Origin: an uncultured delta proteobacterium
GTDB lineage: Bacteria > Desulfobacterota > RBG-13-43-22
Direction: 5' to 3'
NCBI GenBank assembly: GCA_963782435.1
Contig: CAWAKF010000032.1
Span: 23,400 to 87,399 of the forward strand
DNA length: 64,000 bases
The translations under genes were made by a program, and so were the position numbers. The notes beneath the pieces were generated by a model. It was not told where the DNA came from. It saw nothing but the letters and a program-made list of their open reading frames with translations, and did not search any database. How positions within the stretch are numbered: the first letter of the stretch is position 1; each line of letters begins with the position of its first letter. Positions 60,571-64,000 of this stretch are shown in pieces.

Positions 60571-61625
60571 TTACCCTGATTTCAGTGCAGGATAACGAAA
60601 ACCGAGAATAAGCATTGGGGTTTGACAGCAGGGACACTTAAAAACAGGTCTTGGCCGCTCTTTGATAACTTTAAGAAAAACCCGCAAAATCAATTGGACA
60701 ACAAAAAGGAGTTTCTTGGCGTTGCTATGGAGAAACCCATAGTCCCTGACCCGCCGAAATCCCCTGGGCAGGACATGCTGCAGGATGAGAAACAAAAAAT
60801 CTTCTCCCTTAAGGGTGCGATATCGAGTTTTACCGGTTTTGCTTTCAATATATCGAAAGGTGATTTGGTCATTCTGATTTAAAATGATATTTTTTTCACT
60901 GATAACTTCGCGGTATAGATATCGGGATAAATATTTCAGGGCGCTTATCCCCTTTCCTACCTGAGAGCAGTCAACGACCCATTCTCCGGAAACGCTTCTG
61001 GGGATGGAAAGCCTGGCCTCATTTAAAGCTGCCAGGAATCTGGCCCGAAAAACTTTCGCCATGGCCTTTAAGTTAAACAGATACTTGCTTTTTTTCTTTT
61101 TCCACTGGCGCCTTTTTTATCGACACCTCCGCCAGGTACCACCGCATGAACATGAGGATGGTAGTCCAGTTTTCTGCTGTTAGTATGCAAGACCATGGTC
61201 AGGCCGATATCCGCTCCAAGGTTTTTTGGATTCAAGCCAAAATCCTTAAGGGTGTTGGCGGCGCAGGAAAACAAAATAGAATAGACGGTTTTCTGATGAT
61301 TCCAGGCCAATGACCTTAATTCACGGGGCAGTGTAAAGGTCACCATAAAATAGGGAACCGGCAACAGTTTGGCCTGCTGCCGGTCAATCCACTGGTTGAC
61401 TTCATGGTTTTGACATTGGGGACAACTGCGGTGCCCGCAGGACAGTGGTCGCCATTGTCCATGACCACAACCGGGACAATGCACATAAAGTTCACCGGAA
61501 TCAGGGGTACGGCAACGACGAATGGCCTGGATCGCCTTGAGATGACCGGGTAATACGGTATCGCCATACCGGGTTATAAAGGCATCAGAATATTGATTAA
61601 TGATCGAGGCCAGTTCCATAATCAC
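60571..61625 (-). pseudogene. IS91-family transposase. The N-terminal zinc-binding ORF and the C-terminal ORF are separated by a frameshift in A-runs near 61065-61100.
   Basis: CPGCGH...CGHRSCPQC zinc motif and HPHVHAVV HUH motif. Frame 2 reads KKKKSKYLFNLKAMAKVF across the break. Confidence 0.6.
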
Positions 61626-62526
61626 ACCTTCCTCAGATCGACATGAAGGCTGTTGATCAAAGCATTAATGGCCGTGAAGCTGTCTTTTTCTGTGACATCG
61701 GTCAGATGAGCATAACGGGCGGTTGTGGTAGGACTGGCATGGCCAAGCAGAACCTGGATATGACGAAGGCTTAAGCCGCGTTCAAGAAGATGAGTGGCAA
61801 AACTGTGGCGAAGGGAGTGTATGGAGACTTTTTTTTAATACCGCATTCCGTGACCACTGTTTTCATGGCATTTTGTGCGCCGCCTCTATCCATATGCGTT
61901 GTGGCCTTCTGGATGGTTTTAAGATGGCCATTGGCATTGGGGAATATAAAATAGGGATGACGATGCCTTTTCCAGAGTTCACGCAAGGCCTGCAAGGTCA
62001 GATCCGGTAATGGCACAAGACGATCTTTGTGGCCTTTGCCCCGGCGGATATGAACCTTTTTACGCCCGGCATCGATATCGCCGACCTGAAGAGACAAAGC
62101 CTCTTCCAGGCGAAGTCCCAGGGAATAGGTGGTCAATAAGAAAACACGATGGCGTAATTTTCGTGTGGCCCCGATGAGCTGCTCCACTTCGGCCGGGGTA
62201 AGAATATCAGGTATCGTATAAATCTTTGGAGGCTTTACGATGGTCAGCCATTGCCAATCCTTTTTAAGGACATACTTCCAAAAGAATTGCAGTCCGTTTC
62301 GATCGATTTTGACCGTACTCCAGGAATGGCTGGCAACCAGTTCGGCAAAATACATTTCAAATTGTTCTTGGGTCAATTGATCAGGACAGCAGTCAAAATA
62401 TTCACGGACTCGACGGATTGCCCGGGAATAGGCGTCAATTGTTTTTTGACTTTTTCCTTGAAGTTTTAGCAGCCTCAGGTGACATTGATAAAGCTTGTTA
62501 AATCGATTTACTTCTTTTGGATTCAT
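61622..62526 (-). pseudogene. Tyrosine recombinase (phage-integrase family) associated with the IS91 element. Frameshift in an A8 run at about 61830.
   Basis: N-terminal SAM-like domain. After a +1 correction in aaaaaaaag, the C-terminus reads [43 protein letters not shown] (R..HxxR..Y catalytic region). Confidence 0.6.
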
Positions 62527-62746
62527 GGTGTATTCTCCTTTTTTATTTAGTACCCGGAAGTTGGCGGGTATGGGAGTTATACACCCATTATCTGTTTTCT
62601 ATTTTTATTTTTCTGCCGCGCATGCGGCTTCGTTCAACAAGGCACTGGACCGGACAGCAGAATCCGCACAATCAAGCTGCGCTTGCTTGCACGGCTCCCG
62701 CCGCCGGTCAGCGCCGCGATTAGACGACAGTGGGGAGTGTCGGATG

Positions 62747-63433
62747 GACGAAACCTTCCAGAGAAGAAAATTCACCGAACTGAGATTCGAGTATTATGTG
62801 TCGGGTCGAATACTATGGTTTAACGACACCATGAGTATTGCGGGAATGTTGCTGGGCTATGCTGTCGAACTGAGTCTAAAGTACGCTCTAATCATTGCAG
62901 GAATCAAACATAGAGGGCTACTTAATGGACATAAACCCCTAAATCTCTTCCTGAAATGTGAGGAGATTAAGGCAATACCCAACGTTCAAGCGTCCACTGA
63001 TCTCCTACAGTACGTTTCCGACATGTTTAATCGACGTTACCCATCACAGGTAGTCAAAACTTCTGCCGAAGCCAACGCACGAGGGCATGCCATAGGGCAG
63101 AGTCTTGATCTGATTCTTGCTTATGATGATCTTATTATCCAGATTGACGATGCCTTGCGAGAGCGTTGTTCTGATGATTCCGTCTCGATAGGACTATTGG
63201 GCGCTCACTTTGTGAATCGACCGCAAGGGAAAGGGTTCTTTCACTGCAATGTGGCAGCGCTAAAGAACACAGATATTTATCGCGTCCTTCTCGAAAGAGA
63301 GTACGCGGGCGCAGAAGAGGAAATGAAAAAGCAGGGTCTAACGGAGCAGACCATTTCCTACAATCTCGATGAACCATCGGCAAAGACTCCAGACCTGGCA
63401 AGGCGCGCCTTCATCTATATGGAACTATCCTAA
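62747..63433 (+). CDS. Hypothetical protein (229 aa from MDETFQRR...). Possible cargo of the mobile region.
   Basis: ORF with reasonable codon usage. No confident family. The longer 62495 start would overlap the IS end. Confidence 0.35.
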   Translation, partial: DETFQRRKFTELRFEYYVSGRILWFNDTMSIAGMLLGYAVELSLKYALIIAGIKHRGLLNGHKPLNLFLKCEEIKAIPNVQASTDLLQYVSDMFNRRYPSQVVKTSAEANARGHAIGQSLDLILAYDDLIIQIDDALRERCSDDSVSIGLLGAHFVNRPQGKGFFHCNVAALKNTDIYRVLLEREYAGAEEEMKKQGLTEQTISYNLDEPSAKTPDLARRAFIYMELS

Positions 63434-63557
63434 GGTCTCAACCGCTATTGGCCCTAACTTTGATTCACTGAAAGCTACGGAGTATGCAAAAGGCTTCATC
63501 TACCCAGGCCGCGTTATCAAGTCAGATGCCGTCTAAACTTTTGTTCAACACGGACGC

Positions 63558-63827
63558 ATGCCAGCTTGCTGGCATGCGTCCGTGTTAAGCAAAGTTATAC
63601 GAGGATACGAGAACGTGATTCGCGACTATTCTAAAGAGTATTATCATCTGCGAAACTTCGAGGACCTCGCGTACGACGCGGTTTACTTGTTGTATCAGGC
63701 ACAAGATGTAGACCGCGAGCATGACAACCATGGACATGAGTTCACTTATGCACGGTCCTCTCTGCTGAATACATTACTTGTCATGGGGTCAGATCTTTTA
63801 TCTTTACATTTCAAAATGTTTCCTTAG
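63558..63827 (+). CDS. Hypothetical 89-aa protein whose 3' end lies inside the 120-bp repeat
   Basis: ORF only. Its C-terminal codons ...VMGSDLLSLHFKMFP are encoded by the repeat. Confidence 0.25.
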   Translation: MPACWHASVLSKVIRGYENVIRDYSKEYYHLRNFEDLAYDAVYLLYQAQDVDREHDNHGHEFTYARSSLLNTLLVMGSDLLSLHFKMFP

Positions 63828-63900
63828 AAAAAAGGAAGATCCTTGAAGAGTGTGCGCTAGCAAAAAGTCGAGGATAAAGAATTGACCCAATTTTCTGCAA
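63780..63900 (+). repeat. 120-bp repeat, copy 2
   Basis: See 58762..58882. Confidence 0.6.
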
Positions 63901-64000
63901 CGTGGTAAGTTTATCGCACAAAGATTGAATTTAGAAATCCAGAATAAGCCGGAATGGGGAAGAAATTCAGTCAGATTCGGAATAAACTGGGTCAAATGTA

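Larger units (their letters stand above)
60235..62560 (-). mobile_element. IS91-family (rolling-circle, HUH-Y2) element carrying an upstream tyrosine-recombinase ORF
   Basis: The transposase carries the HPHVHAVVPGGG motif. Three GC-rich hairpins at 60240-60375 form an ori-like end. This end abuts CTTGTTC (the IS91 target tetranucleotides CTTG/GTTC). GC-rich palindromes near 62600-62700 mark the other end. Confidence 0.55.

Overview
Bacterial chromosomal window. About 48% GC in the core, with AT-rich and GC-rich foreign patches. Both a sigma-54/NtrC-type regulator and a selenoprotein are present. Desulfobacterota or delta-proteobacterium-like is my inference only.

1-29.7 kb is ordinary core: three glycosyltransferases plus gmd; an unannotated UGA-containing glutaredoxin; a PAS-PAS-GGDEF cyclase; copA; a full kdpFABC operon; der; and a block of transporter and regulator genes (APC permeases, a WYL regulator, a ClC channel, TauE). 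The kdp operon has an unusual regulatory layout. It is preceded by a sigma-54 activator, a sigma-54 promoter, a HAMP-PAS kinase and tandem KdpF-like small ORFs. It is followed by a kinase-less KdpD-sensor/Usp protein fused to an EIIA(Ntr) domain.

29.9-64 kb is a mosaic accessory region. It holds four type II toxin-antitoxin loci (HigBA, RelE-Phd, MNT-HEPN remnant, RHH-MazF) and an AT-rich stand-alone RelA/SpoT synthetase (toxSAS-like candidate). It also holds two B12-radical SAM genes, a PLD protein, a flotillin, a high-GC katG, an SNF2 ATPase, a nitroreductase and four insertion elements (ISL3 with nested ISKra4, IS1380-like, IS91-like with integrase).

The main unannotated structure there is at least five interspersed repeat families. 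One is a portable promoter cassette (TTGCAA-17-TATAAT, long leader, RBS-overlapping 14-bp palindrome, conserved leader peptide) found 4 times upstream of unrelated stress genes, including the horizontally acquired katG. The others are a ~275-bp pair flanking a 6-kb segment, a 100-bp MITE-like palindromic element, gene-tail repeat pairs (a 65-bp pair and a ~120-bp pair), and short X/Y motifs.

At least six genes carry single-base frameshifts in or next to homopolymer runs. This looks like sequencing indel error rather than true pseudogenes. Coordinates I derived by hand may be off by 1 nt.
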